The translations under genes and the position numbers were made by a program. Shown piece after piece: positions 38,033-47,312 of a DNA stretch of 64,000 nucleotides (within the stretch, counting starts at the first letter, position 1; each line of letters begins with the position of its first letter). Source of the stretch: an uncultured Gammaproteobacteria bacterium (GTDB lineage Bacteria > Patescibacteriota > Patescibacteriia > Patescibacteriales > UBA12465). The notes under the pieces are model-generated. The model saw nothing but the letters and a program-made list of their open reading frames with translations, was not told the origin of the DNA and searched no databases. The DNA is taken from contig CAYHCB010000005.1 in assembly GCA_964355275.1 (NCBI GenBank), forward strand, positions 4,325-68,324. The letters run 5' to 3'.

Positions 38033-39775
38033 TTATTTATTATTATGTGCTCTAATTTTTTTAATAATACCACTATCAATTCCTTTATACAGTTTTTCCA
38101 TTTCCTCCTTTATATAAAAAGTCTCCAAATTTTTATCAACAACTTTATTTATATCTTTATCGCAAACATCAACTAATGACTGGCTTCTATTTATAATCAT
38201 TTTTTCGACTAATTTAACATTTTTTTTAGAAAAACGGGATCCATAAATATAAAAGAAATGCGACAATCTATTAAAAAATTGCAGTCTAGTTATCTTTCGC
38301 AATAGACCAAACCCTCTCCTAAGAAAGTCACGTAATGGTTGAAAATTTTCATCAATTTTAATACTAGAAAGGGAAAAAATTATAGCGTACCAACGATATG
38401 CCAAGCGGATTCTTTCAAAATCCCATCCGCTTAAACTAGCCTCATCAATTTTGCTAAAATATTCTTCTCGAGTTGATCCATAATAGTTCAACTCTCCGGG
38501 GTAGTATAATAATTTTTCGGAGTAAACAACAACTGGTAGCCCCAGCAAACTCATTTCAGCGCCAACACTTGACCAAGCATTTAAAAATACATCAGCCTCC
38601 TCTGCTAAATTATAGATAGAAACATTATCAGTTGGCCAATTGATTTTTACATTATTTGGTAATTTGTTAAAAAATAATTGCAATTTATCGGCATGGATAG
38701 ATTTTCGATTCTCTCTTTTATTGGGGAATTCACGAGGATGGACTCTTATTATTAAAAAATAATTATTCTTATCCTCGACCCATTTAACCAGCGCAGAGCA
38801 CCAATCAACCTGAGACGAGAAAATAGTTTCACTCTCTTTAGTAGTTCTTCCTAAAACTTCTTCGGCAAACCTTTCATCATGACTGCTTAAAGTTGCAACT
38901 AACAGTTTTTTGTCAGCTGGCACACCAAAAAAAGAACGGATATCTTTATGATTATTATCTCTTGCGCTAGAATATGCAAAAACATCTCTCGCTTTAAATA
39001 GCGCCTCAAAATGTTTTCTAGTATTTATAATTTCTTTTCGACTACTTGCCGTATTTTTATATTTATCCCATGCATTTTTTTTAAGATAATTGAATAACTT
39101 ATTTGAATCTTCTTTAGCTATCATGAGCCTTGAACATCGATCCGAAATATTAAAATTGCCGAAATAATCATAGGCTAAAATACCACTTCTTATTGCAAGC
39201 GCTTTTACTATACCATTGACAGAATAGCCGGCATCATAATACATAACTGCATCTGGTTTTTCTTTTTCAAGTATTTTTTTAAAAACAAAATATGTTATTA
39301 AAGTGTTTTCAAGGGCTATTAAATAAGCTTGCCACTCTTCTTCAAAAAATTCATAATCATTTTTTTTATAATTGATTAAAACTTCATAGGATGAAATTTT
39401 ACCAATTTCAAAATCATCATATGTAAATACAGACCAATTATTTTTATTTATACCATTGATAATTTTTTTTATCTGTATTTTTTCTTCTTCCAATAAATTA
39501 TCATGAATATATTTGTGCTTAAACTTAAAATGAGAGTTATTACAATTTCTAATATATTGGCACGAGGAACATTGGTCTGCCTTGAGTTTGTTATTTGAAA
39601 ATTCATTTAGCCCATTAGCCGCCATACAGATACAAAAACTATCAAAAGCTCCGTCACAATTAACAAATAAAATATCATGGCCTGCCTTGCTAAGACCATT
39701 GGCCAAGAGAACTTCAGATTTTATATGAGGTAGTACTCCTGAGAATGGACTAAAAAAAATTATTTTCATAAACAC
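38033..39775 (-). CDS. Large cytoplasmic protein, tentatively KpsS/KpsC-like (Capsule_synth family); candidate nonulosonic-acid transferase
   Basis: 580 aa with an N-terminal Cys cluster (CDGAFDSFCIC...CSSCQYIRNC). A YFLIIRVHPRE segment is reminiscent of the HP motif of capsule-synthesis beta-Kdo transferases. The assignment is weak. Confidence 0.3.
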   Translation of the reverse strand: MFMKIIFFSPFSGVLPHIKSEVLLANGLSKAGHDILFVNCDGAFDSFCICMAANGLNEFSNNKLKADQCSSCQYIRNCNNSHFKFKHKYIHDNLLEEEKIQIKKIINGINKNNWSVFTYDDFEIGKISSYEVLINYKKNDYEFFEEEWQAYLIALENTLITYFVFKKILEKEKPDAVMYYDAGYSVNGIVKALAIRSGILAYDYFGNFNISDRCSRLMIAKEDSNKLFNYLKKNAWDKYKNTASSRKEIINTRKHFEALFKARDVFAYSSARDNNHKDIRSFFGVPADKKLLVATLSSHDERFAEEVLGRTTKESETIFSSQVDWCSALVKWVEDKNNYFLIIRVHPREFPNKRENRKSIHADKLQLFFNKLPNNVKINWPTDNVSIYNLAEEADVFLNAWSSVGAEMSLLGLPVVVYSEKLLYYPGELNYYGSTREEYFSKIDEASLSGWDFERIRLAYRWYAIIFSLSSIKIDENFQPLRDFLRRGFGLLRKITRLQFFNRLSHFFYIYGSRFSKKNVKLVEKMIINRSQSLVDVCDKDINKVVDKNLETFYIKEEMEKLYKGIDSGIIKKIRAHNNK

Positions 39776-39798
39776 AAATTTACATTAAATCTTTTATA

Positions 39799-41037
39799 CT
39801 ACTTAAACCATGAATAAATTTTCTTAAAAAGATATGCGATAATTCTTCTTGGATGATATGCATAAAATAGCCTATATAGACTTCTCTCCATTGAGAAATA
39901 ATCTTTAATATATTCTCTAAAATCAAGTGGAAAACTAGAAAACTCGACTACAACAGGCTCACTTTCGATTGTATAAGATGTTAAATTTATGCAATAACAT
40001 TCAGCGTTTATAGATTTTCTATAAATCCACTTTTTAGAATTTTCTATATAAACAAGATATGAATGAAACCATGGACTCAAACTTTTACTGCCAAATTTTT
40101 CAAAAGTAGACTTCGATAAAGAGATGAGTGCGGCACTTCTAACTTCATTTTTTGCTGAAACTGCTCCGGTAGCAACATGATCAACATGTAAAAAATCTAA
40201 AACTGTCGCGAACATATCTCTTATTTCAAAAATACCGTTAGCTTCACCCGGCACAATGTCCGGACCCTTAATAAAGAAGCAGGTTTTTAATTTGAAGTCG
40301 GCTACTAACTTTGGCCAATATCTACTTATTGTTTCATCTGAAATATTTTTATCAAAAAACAAATCATCATAAGGACTTAAAGTCATCCCGTGGTCACTAC
40401 TAAAAATCAATAAATCATTATCTTCGTTATACTTAAGATACTCAAGATTCATCCTTACTTGATTGCTACATTCCACAATTGCCTTAGATAAACCCTCTTT
40501 TGTTCCATGTCTTTGAACAAGTGGATGATCATGCAAACAAAGATCGTGAATAAAAATATATGTCGGTCTGTTGTCATTTAGCAGAAAGAAATCTTCATGC
40601 TGCTTGAGAAATGTAGATTCTTGAAATGGAACGGTTTCATCCTCTAAACAAACTCTATCAAAACCATAAGATTCAAGAAGATTATATCTTTTATATGCCC
40701 CATTTCTTCTGAGCCCATCCGGAGGAAAACTTCTATAAAAAATGCCAAAATATCCATTATTTTTTAAATAGCTCGCCAATGTCATTTTTGCATTATAGGC
40801 ATTTGGATGTAATGGCATATCAGATTTAACGGATTGAACATCCAAACCAGTAACCATTGCCGAAAGCGAAGCCATTGTTTCTCCGTGCCCATAACAATTT
40901 TTAATGATAAATGAATTTTTAGATAGACTGTCGATAAAATTTACTGGTGCTAAATCATCAATGTTATTATCATTATCGTTTAATGCCCTTATCATGCAGG
41001 GGGTTAAACCGTCTAATACATACCAAATTATTCTCAT
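39799..41037 (-). CDS. Alkaline-phosphatase-superfamily enzyme (sulfatase/phosphotransferase-like), cytoplasmic
   Basis: GHGETMASLSAMVTG near the N-terminus and a LIFSSDHGM motif mark the AlkP/sulfatase core. There is no CxPxR formylglycine motif, so it is probably a phospho-substituent transferase or hydrolase rather than a sulfatase. Confidence 0.45.
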   Translation of the reverse strand: MRIIWYVLDGLTPCMIRALNDNDNNIDDLAPVNFIDSLSKNSFIIKNCYGHGETMASLSAMVTGLDVQSVKSDMPLHPNAYNAKMTLASYLKNNGYFGIFYRSFPPDGLRRNGAYKRYNLLESYGFDRVCLEDETVPFQESTFLKQHEDFFLLNDNRPTYIFIHDLCLHDHPLVQRHGTKEGLSKAIVECSNQVRMNLEYLKYNEDNDLLIFSSDHGMTLSPYDDLFFDKNISDETISRYWPKLVADFKLKTCFFIKGPDIVPGEANGIFEIRDMFATVLDFLHVDHVATGAVSAKNEVRSAALISLSKSTFEKFGSKSLSPWFHSYLVYIENSKKWIYRKSINAECYCINLTSYTIESEPVVVEFSSFPLDFREYIKDYFSMERSLYRLFYAYHPRRIIAYLFKKIYSWFK

Positions 41038-41070
41038 ATTATCTCATATTAATTTAAATTATAATCTCTA

Positions 41071-41697
41071 TTATTTCTTAACTGCAATAATTCTAATAAA
41101 TACATAATCAGTTTCTTTAAAAGGCGCAAATCCGGATTTTTCTTCGACTGAGATAATTGTAAAACCACTATTTTCCAATTTGGAACGAAGTCCATCGATA
41201 TTGATAAATCTTCTATAATGATTTTCGTATATAAAAGCATTCTCTTCCCCTTTAACTTTCTCGCCTAATTGAAATAATTCATTTTTGAGTCCTCTGGCTT
41301 CTATTAATATTTTCCCATTTAAATTCAGATGATTGAATGACCACTTAATAACCCTGTCCTCCTCATCCTTTTTAATAGAATGCAGAGTAAGACGAGAATA
41401 AATATTATCAAAAAAACCAATTTCACCAAGATTAGTAAAGTCGTCACTATTAAATTTCAAATTTTTTAAATGATTATTTTCAGACAAAAGCAATATTTCC
41501 CTATCACATTGATCCACGGCTAAAACATTTATATTATTCAAGGCAAAAAATATTGCATCTCTGCCATTCCCACAACCAATTTCTAATAATGAACTTCTTT
41601 CTTTTACATATTCTTTCAAAACAAATTGAGCAAATAAAGATGGTTGCGATACGGCAATATTTGAATTATAGTAGTTATCCCAGTAGGTTTTTTCCAT
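41071..41697 (-). CDS. Class I SAM-dependent methyltransferase
   Basis: LLEIGCGNGRDAIFFA motif I and LAVDQCD motif II. Confidence 0.7.
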   Translation of the reverse strand: MEKTYWDNYYNSNIAVSQPSLFAQFVLKEYVKERSSLLEIGCGNGRDAIFFALNNINVLAVDQCDREILLLSENNHLKNLKFNSDDFTNLGEIGFFDNIYSRLTLHSIKKDEEDRVIKWSFNHLNLNGKILIEARGLKNELFQLGEKVKGEENAFIYENHYRRFINIDGLRSKLENSGFTIISVEEKSGFAPFKETDYVFIRIIAVKK

Positions 41698-41721
41698 ATT
41701 GATCTATAATTTAATTATCGA

Positions 41722-42930
41722 TTAATTATTATTTCTTAAATATTTCACCCTAAGACTTTCTTCTAAATGGACATCTCCATAAGAAGAAGGCTTTCCCCAT
41801 AAATTATCTTTCCACCATTTTTCATTTTCAATCCACCAAACCCTCGGATCTCTAAACGTATCAGCCACTGAGTCAAATTCTTCTTCAGTCCAGTCAATAT
41901 ACTCAAGCCAACGATAAAGATCTTTTGATTTAATGTGATCCATTTTTTTTACTATCTCGATCGCTTCCTCTCGCGTCATCTTTCCTGATCTTATATCTTT
42001 ACAAGTATGATCTGTCGCGCGACCATAACCAAATTTAATAAATTTCATATAGTCATGAATTCCGTTTTCATGCATATCATCAAGATTGGACATAAGTCTA
42101 TAAGTTCTCTCAAATGGCTCCTCTGACTCCTTGAAGCCATATTTTTCAATCATCAAAGGCCCATGATCGTTTGCATCCCATTTAAAATAGTTCGAGATAT
42201 AAATACCTCTCACCCCAATTTCATCTATAGCCTTATCGCCAGGATACATCCATGGTATGAGTTCTTTTTTTTCTAATTTTTCCCCATACCCAGAAGCACG
42301 TTCAATAAAATCATACCATTCGTACCCCCTTAGACCGTGTTCGTGTCTAAATCTATAAGTAAATTCAACCATATCTGAATATGAATGCATGCCTCCTAAG
42401 TCCATAAAGCCGTGTTCGCCCCAAATCATTAAAGGAGTTTTTGTTTCAACTGCCACTCTAATTGGATAAGTAAATATTCCAGAATGACAATGCCAATTCA
42501 TGTCCCCCATCATCCTCATTCCCAGTCTATTCATTTTTTTTAACACATTTATGTTTGGTGTAAAAAATATATGATCGACTCCAAATGCCTCGCGCATGTT
42601 AAGCAGATTTTTCATTCCTGTGGCTGTATAGTTATTACCATTGTATGTAACTAATAAAGGGTTAAGCCCACAAATATTCTTAATAATGTGGATCTGAAAA
42701 TAGCTATCCTTTCCACCGCTAACAGGAATAATACAATCGTAGCCATCTCCATCTTTATTTTTATATTCATCTACTAATTCTAAAAATTGCTTTCTTTTTT
42801 CATTCCAATCAATCTCCGATTTTTGACCACAAACCCTACAACCAGAACACATTCCATTTTCATCAAAAGCCAGTGGCGCAGCAGAGCTAGATGGATAAAC
42901 ACATTTTTTGCAATAATTAATCTTTATCAT
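41722..42930 (-). CDS. N-acetyl sugar amidotransferase (WbuX/WbpG/PseA-like, PP-loop ATP pyrophosphatase)
   Basis: CKKC...CSGC N-terminal Cys motif, the PP-loop SGGKDS, and co-occurrence with HisH-like and HisF-like genes immediately upstream. Confidence 0.8.
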   Translation of the reverse strand: MIKINYCKKCVYPSSSAAPLAFDENGMCSGCRVCGQKSEIDWNEKRKQFLELVDEYKNKDGDGYDCIIPVSGGKDSYFQIHIIKNICGLNPLLVTYNGNNYTATGMKNLLNMREAFGVDHIFFTPNINVLKKMNRLGMRMMGDMNWHCHSGIFTYPIRVAVETKTPLMIWGEHGFMDLGGMHSYSDMVEFTYRFRHEHGLRGYEWYDFIERASGYGEKLEKKELIPWMYPGDKAIDEIGVRGIYISNYFKWDANDHGPLMIEKYGFKESEEPFERTYRLMSNLDDMHENGIHDYMKFIKFGYGRATDHTCKDIRSGKMTREEAIEIVKKMDHIKSKDLYRWLEYIDWTEEEFDSVADTFRDPRVWWIENEKWWKDNLWGKPSSYGDVHLEESLRVKYLRNNN

Positions 42931-42935
42931 AATAT

Positions 42936-43721
42936 TTATCTAAAATTATACCCTCCATTTTTTAATAACTTTTTTGCTCTTGGGTAGCTTAGTTCAGTAA
43001 AATGAAACAAATTACCAGCAGCTATGCCGGATACATTAGTGGCATCAGCTAAATCCAAAAAATGTTCTAATTTTCCGGCTCCACCGCAAGCTACGACAGG
43101 AATCTTGCAAAATTCAACAACCTTTTTTATTGTTTCAATATCGTAACCAGTTCCATGACCATCATAATCAATTGTATTTATAAAAATTTCTCCAGCACCT
43201 AATTCCTCGCATTTTTTTACCCATTCAAAAACACTAACGCCAGTATTATTCTTACCGAAATCAGTAAAAACGATCGGATGATTATCAATTATTTTATAAT
43301 CAATTGAAACAACAACAGCCTGAGAACCATATTTTTCTGCAACATCAGAAATCAAATTCGGTGACAAAAAGGCACCAGTATTTAAAACAACCTTATCAGC
43401 ACCATTTTGAATTATATAGCCAACATCCTCCATTGTTCTAACACCGCCACCAAAAGCTAATGGCATAAAGCAAACTCTAGATATACACTTTATAATTTCT
43501 TCAATTGAATTTAAGGATTTAATATTATGATCATCGCGACGTAAATCGTAAAATTTATCACGACTAATGTCTATATAAATCAACTCATCAACATTCCAAT
43601 CATTATAACGCTTGGCCTCATCAATAACATTACCAATATTTTGATGATAAACAAAATCCTCACTTCTAACAATCAATCCATTCTTTATATATAGAACTGG
43701 AATTAATCTCGTCTTTATCAT
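42936..43721 (-). CDS. Imidazole glycerol phosphate synthase cyclase-subunit homolog (HisF-like, WbuZ-type)
   Basis: RLIPVLYIKNGLIV..., LAFGGGVRT and CGGAG: a (beta/alpha)8 HisF-like fold. Confidence 0.85.
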   Translation of the reverse strand: MIKTRLIPVLYIKNGLIVRSEDFVYHQNIGNVIDEAKRYNDWNVDELIYIDISRDKFYDLRRDDHNIKSLNSIEEIIKCISRVCFMPLAFGGGVRTMEDVGYIIQNGADKVVLNTGAFLSPNLISDVAEKYGSQAVVVSIDYKIIDNHPIVFTDFGKNNTGVSVFEWVKKCEELGAGEIFINTIDYDGHGTGYDIETIKKVVEFCKIPVVACGGAGKLEHFLDLADATNVSGIAAGNLFHFTELSYPRAKKLLKNGGYNFR

Positions 43722-44329
43722 ATTATTTTATTGAAATTTTCCAAAATTTTCAAACCGTCACGCTGGCTTTTCTCGGGATGAAATTGGCATCCAAAAATTT
43801 TTCCCTCTTCAAAAACTGAGTCAAAATCAATGCCATAGTTTGTAGAGGCTGACACCGCACTACGATTAGTCAGGCTGCAGTAATAGCTATGAACAAAATA
43901 ATACGAAGCTCCTTGTTCTATGTTCTCTAATAAAGAAAAATTGTTTTTGATATCCAAGCTATTCCATCCTACGTGAGGTATTGGTAAATCTTTTATAGCC
44001 TCTCTAAAAGGCAAAACCTTTCCACCAACCAAACCAAGGCCCTCATGATAGCCATGCTCCTCGCTTGAATCAAGTAGAAGTTGCATACCAAGACATATAC
44101 CTAGAATAGCACCTCCTGATTTAGAAAATTTCCTAATTGCCTCAGAAAATCCAGTATTATTCAACCTTTCCATGGCCTGACTAAACGCACCCACCCCTGG
44201 TAAAATTATTTTCTGGCAAGAACATACCTCTTTGCAATCGGTTATTATTTTATTTTCTATTTTTAAATAATCTAACGAATTTTTTACGGATTGAATGTTT
44301 CCAATTCCGATATTAATAATGCCTATCAT
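43718..44329 (-). CDS. Glutamine amidotransferase class I, HisH-like (WbuY-type)
   Basis: IGIINIGIGN, GICLGMQLL catalytic-Cys motif, and the HVGWN and FHPEKS His/Glu region. Confidence 0.85.
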   Translation of the reverse strand: MIGIINIGIGNIQSVKNSLDYLKIENKIITDCKEVCSCQKIILPGVGAFSQAMERLNNTGFSEAIRKFSKSGGAILGICLGMQLLLDSSEEHGYHEGLGLVGGKVLPFREAIKDLPIPHVGWNSLDIKNNFSLLENIEQGASYYFVHSYYCSLTNRSAVSASTNYGIDFDSVFEEGKIFGCQFHPEKSQRDGLKILENFNKII

Positions 44330-44355
44330 ATTAAGATTTTAGTTAATAAAATTAA

Positions 44356-45351
44356 TTATTCCATAATCGGCTCCCCTTTTTTAAAATCCCTTTTTGCTTT
44401 TTTTCCGATTTGAGACTCAAAATACTTAGGATCTAAACCAAACGATGGTCTAATGACTTTCATATTATCTTTAGTAAACTCGTCACCAATATTTATATAT
44501 TTGGATGCATAAATAGATCTTTTAAAAATACGACTATTTTCTTCGGCTTTCGTGATTTCATAATTTATTTTTCCCAAAGATAAGCGAGCTCGTTCCGATT
44601 CTTCAACTAACATTTTAAATTCGGTTGGTTCGAGAGAAAAAGCGCTATCAACGCCTCCTTCAGCGCGACTAAGACAAAAATGTTTTTCTATTACTTGAGC
44701 ACCAAGAGCAATTGCGGCGACTGAGACACCTATGCCCATAGTGTGATCCGATAAACCAACATTACAATCAAATAATCTTGCCATGTCGGGCATAGTTAAT
44801 AAATTTGTATCTTCCGGACTAGCTGGATAAGTACTCGTACATTTAAGTAAAGTTAAATCTTCACATCCATTTTCTTTAAGGGTTTTAACGGCCAACTCTA
44901 TCTCAGCTAAAGTTGATGCACCAACAGAAATAATGATTGGCTTTTCGGTTTTAGCGATATATTTCAATAAAGGAATATGATTAACCTCAAAAGAAGCAAT
45001 TTTATAAATTGGATTTCCAAGATTCTCCAAAAAGTCCACAGCGCTTTCGTCAAAAGGAGTAGAAAAACAAATTATGCCACGTTCTTTTGCTCTCTTAAAT
45101 ATAGCTTCATGCCATTCCCATGGAGTATAGGCTTCGCTATAAAGATCATACAAATCGCGCCCAAACCATAACGACTTTTCATCTTTAATTGTATAAACGT
45201 CTTTCATGGTTATTGTGTCCGGGGTATATGTTTGTAGCTTCAGTGCGTGAGCGCCAGCATCAGCAACCGCGTCAACAATCGCCAAAGCTCTTTCTAAAGA
45301 TTGATTATGATTACCAGACATTTCAGCCACAATAAAAGGTTTTTTGTTCAT
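44356..45351 (-). CDS. pseI: Nonulosonic acid synthase (NeuB family; PseI-like pseudaminic acid synthase)
   Basis: KPFIVAEMSGNHNQSLERALAIVDA N-terminus, a TIM-barrel body and a C-terminal SAF domain (NMKVIRPSFGLDPKY). Confidence 0.85.
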   Translation of the reverse strand: MNKKPFIVAEMSGNHNQSLERALAIVDAVADAGAHALKLQTYTPDTITMKDVYTIKDEKSLWFGRDLYDLYSEAYTPWEWHEAIFKRAKERGIICFSTPFDESAVDFLENLGNPIYKIASFEVNHIPLLKYIAKTEKPIIISVGASTLAEIELAVKTLKENGCEDLTLLKCTSTYPASPEDTNLLTMPDMARLFDCNVGLSDHTMGIGVSVAAIALGAQVIEKHFCLSRAEGGVDSAFSLEPTEFKMLVEESERARLSLGKINYEITKAEENSRIFKRSIYASKYINIGDEFTKDNMKVIRPSFGLDPKYFESQIGKKAKRDFKKGEPIME

Positions 45352-45352
45352 A

Positions 45353-45988
45353 TTATTCGGACTTAAAAATTTTTAATATATATTTATGACCACGATATAG
45401 AAAGAAGGCTGGATAACGCTCGTTATCAACAACCCTTAGAATATTAAATTGCTCTGCAATTGTTTTTTCTGGCTTAAGTTCGCTATCGCCCTTAGTACGT
45501 CGTCTATAAAAAGATTCTTGCCCAACCGACTCTATTCCTTTGATATCGGGGTAATTGTCTAAGAAATTTACAATTAAACCATTAATTTTATCTCCTAGGG
45601 ATGAGCGCATTTCTTCCATTAATTCATGACCGGAAAAATTAATAACGGCTCGATCATATATTAAACCCGCGTCGACTGCTTCTACGGCCTCAAACAAAGT
45701 TAAAGTTATATCATTCTTGCCCTCTAAAATCTGCCAGGTTAGTGGGGAAAAACCTTTACCTTGAGGCAAGGGACTAGCATGAACAACTAAATTATGCCTA
45801 TTCCTATCTAAAACATCCCTTTTAACAATCTTTTCGCAACTTAAAAATATCGCGATATCACCATTTTTAATTTCTTTTTGATCATGAATCAAAAAAACAA
45901 CGTGCTTAATTTTTATTTGTTCAAATAATTTATTAGCATAAGGCACCGCCCAACTATTTATATTGTCTACTAGTATAGAAATAGTCAT
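45353..45988 (-). CDS. Formyltransferase-domain protein (sugar N-formyltransferase candidate)
   Basis: HASPLPQGKGFSPLTWQILEG is the N10-formyl-THF transferase active-site motif (HxSLLPxxRG). 211 aa, so the catalytic domain only. Confidence 0.7.
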   Translation of the reverse strand: MTISILVDNINSWAVPYANKLFEQIKIKHVVFLIHDQKEIKNGDIAIFLSCEKIVKRDVLDRNRHNLVVHASPLPQGKGFSPLTWQILEGKNDITLTLFEAVEAVDAGLIYDRAVINFSGHELMEEMRSSLGDKINGLIVNFLDNYPDIKGIESVGQESFYRRRTKGDSELKPEKTIAEQFNILRVVDNERYPAFFLYRGHKYILKIFKSE

Positions 45989-46021
45989 AGATAATTAAAT
46001 TAAAAATTATTTATACAACAA

Positions 46022-47311
46022 TTATTTATTATTACGCTCGAGATGCTTTATTCCTCGATAAATTGTAATCACATCTTTTTTATATTTTTCTATTTTCTTG
46101 AATTCTTGATTAAAAAGGGATTTTGCCGTCTTATCTCGACCGGCCGGTTTTTTGTCCCAATCGATAACGAACGGTTGATTAATAATTTTGCCTAACCAGT
46201 TCATTTTTTTACCGGCTTTTAAAAAAGTTAAAAAAGCACGAGGTTGATAATAAGAAGACCCAACTAAAAGCAATTTTGACCATTTTTTATCTTTAGCGAT
46301 CTTTAAAATGTGTTCTGCCTGGTCCTTTGTATTCATCGCCCCATTGTCAATTATGATATTCCTTTCATCTACCCCCCTTTTTAATAAATAATTTTTCATT
46401 TTAAGTAAAGAAATATTATTTTCTCCTACTCGTAATTTTTTACCTATTAATACATTATTCCCGGAAATAATTATTTTTTTTGAATAACTATTTTTATATA
46501 ACCAAATAACTTTAGAAGCTCTATCATACCGATCCCCCTGTAACCATAAAATAGCATCAGCAGATTGAGGGGGGTCTTTAATTATTAAATTGTATAACTT
46601 TTTAAATTCTAACATACTATTTTTAAGGCGTTGAATAATCTTATATTTTAACTCCGCCAGCACCCAATCATCTTCGCTATCAATATCCTGAACTTCTTTT
46701 TCAGAAATAATCAAGGGCAAAGTATTACTTGTAAACAATTTCTTAATAATTAAAAATTTTTCAACAGCAAGACAATAAAATTGGCCGCAATCGTGATAAT
46801 TTGAAACTAAATCCTGAGATCTACTATTAATATTTTCCGGCCAATTAATTTCTAACTTATTATTATTTATTTTAAAACTTCTTTGGATTGGGTGACCATA
46901 AATAACAACTGGCACAACCGAGTAAGCCTTTGATTCTTTTAGAATATTCATGGCATTTTTTAATTTTTCTGGGGTAACAAAAGGAGCAGTTGGATATATA
47001 CAACATACATAATTAAATTCAATCCCATTTTTTTTATATTGTAGTAAAACTTCTTCTATAACATCTACTGTAACAGAAAAATCATCAGAATTTTTTTCCG
47101 AACGAAGAAATGGCACTTTAGCTCCACACTTAATTGCGATGTCAGCTATCTCTTGGCTATCAGTAGACACCATTATCTCATCAAAAACATCGCTATTTAG
47201 AGCTGCTTCTATCGAATAAGCAATAATTGGTTTACCTAAGAATAGGCGAATATTTTTTTTTGGAATTCGCTTACTTCCACCTCTGGCAGTTATAATGGCA
47301 AGATTGGACAT
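46022..47311 (-). CDS. pseF: CMP-nonulosonic acid synthetase (NeuA/PseF-like cytidylyltransferase) fused to a C-terminal DUF218 (YdcF/SanA-like) domain
   Basis: N-terminus LAIITARGGSKRIPKKN...IMVSTDS is the acylneuraminate cytidylyltransferase signature. The C-terminal ~200 aa read DAILWLQGD...IIISGNN...MNTKDQAEHI...LLLVGSSYYQPRAFLTFLKAG, matching DUF218 (YdcF: LVSGG...NTYENA...LLVTSAYHMPRA..F.KAG). Confidence 0.75.
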   Translation of the reverse strand: MSNLAIITARGGSKRIPKKNIRLFLGKPIIAYSIEAALNSDVFDEIMVSTDSQEIADIAIKCGAKVPFLRSEKNSDDFSVTVDVIEEVLLQYKKNGIEFNYVCCIYPTAPFVTPEKLKNAMNILKESKAYSVVPVVIYGHPIQRSFKINNNKLEINWPENINSRSQDLVSNYHDCGQFYCLAVEKFLIIKKLFTSNTLPLIISEKEVQDIDSEDDWVLAELKYKIIQRLKNSMLEFKKLYNLIIKDPPQSADAILWLQGDRYDRASKVIWLYKNSYSKKIIISGNNVLIGKKLRVGENNISLLKMKNYLLKRGVDERNIIIDNGAMNTKDQAEHILKIAKDKKWSKLLLVGSSYYQPRAFLTFLKAGKKMNWLGKIINQPFVIDWDKKPAGRDKTAKSLFNQEFKKIEKYKKDVITIYRGIKHLERNNK

Positions 47312-47312
47312 T

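Noticed and set aside
39799-41037. Calling the AlkP-fold protein a sulfatase
   Set aside because: No C/S-x-P-x-R formylglycine motif is present near the N-terminal metal-binding region, so a true sulfatase is unlikely. It is kept as an AlkP-superfamily phosphotransferase or hydrolase.
40904-41240. 67-aa plus-strand ORF and 63-aa minus-strand ORF around the AlkP / methyltransferase junction
   Set aside because: They overlap the better-supported 39799-41037 and 41071-41697 genes. The 63-aa ORF is an internal out-of-frame read at the methyltransferase C-terminus.
42787-45171. 66-aa and 64-aa plus-strand ORFs
   Set aside because: Antisense inside the amidotransferase and pseI genes.
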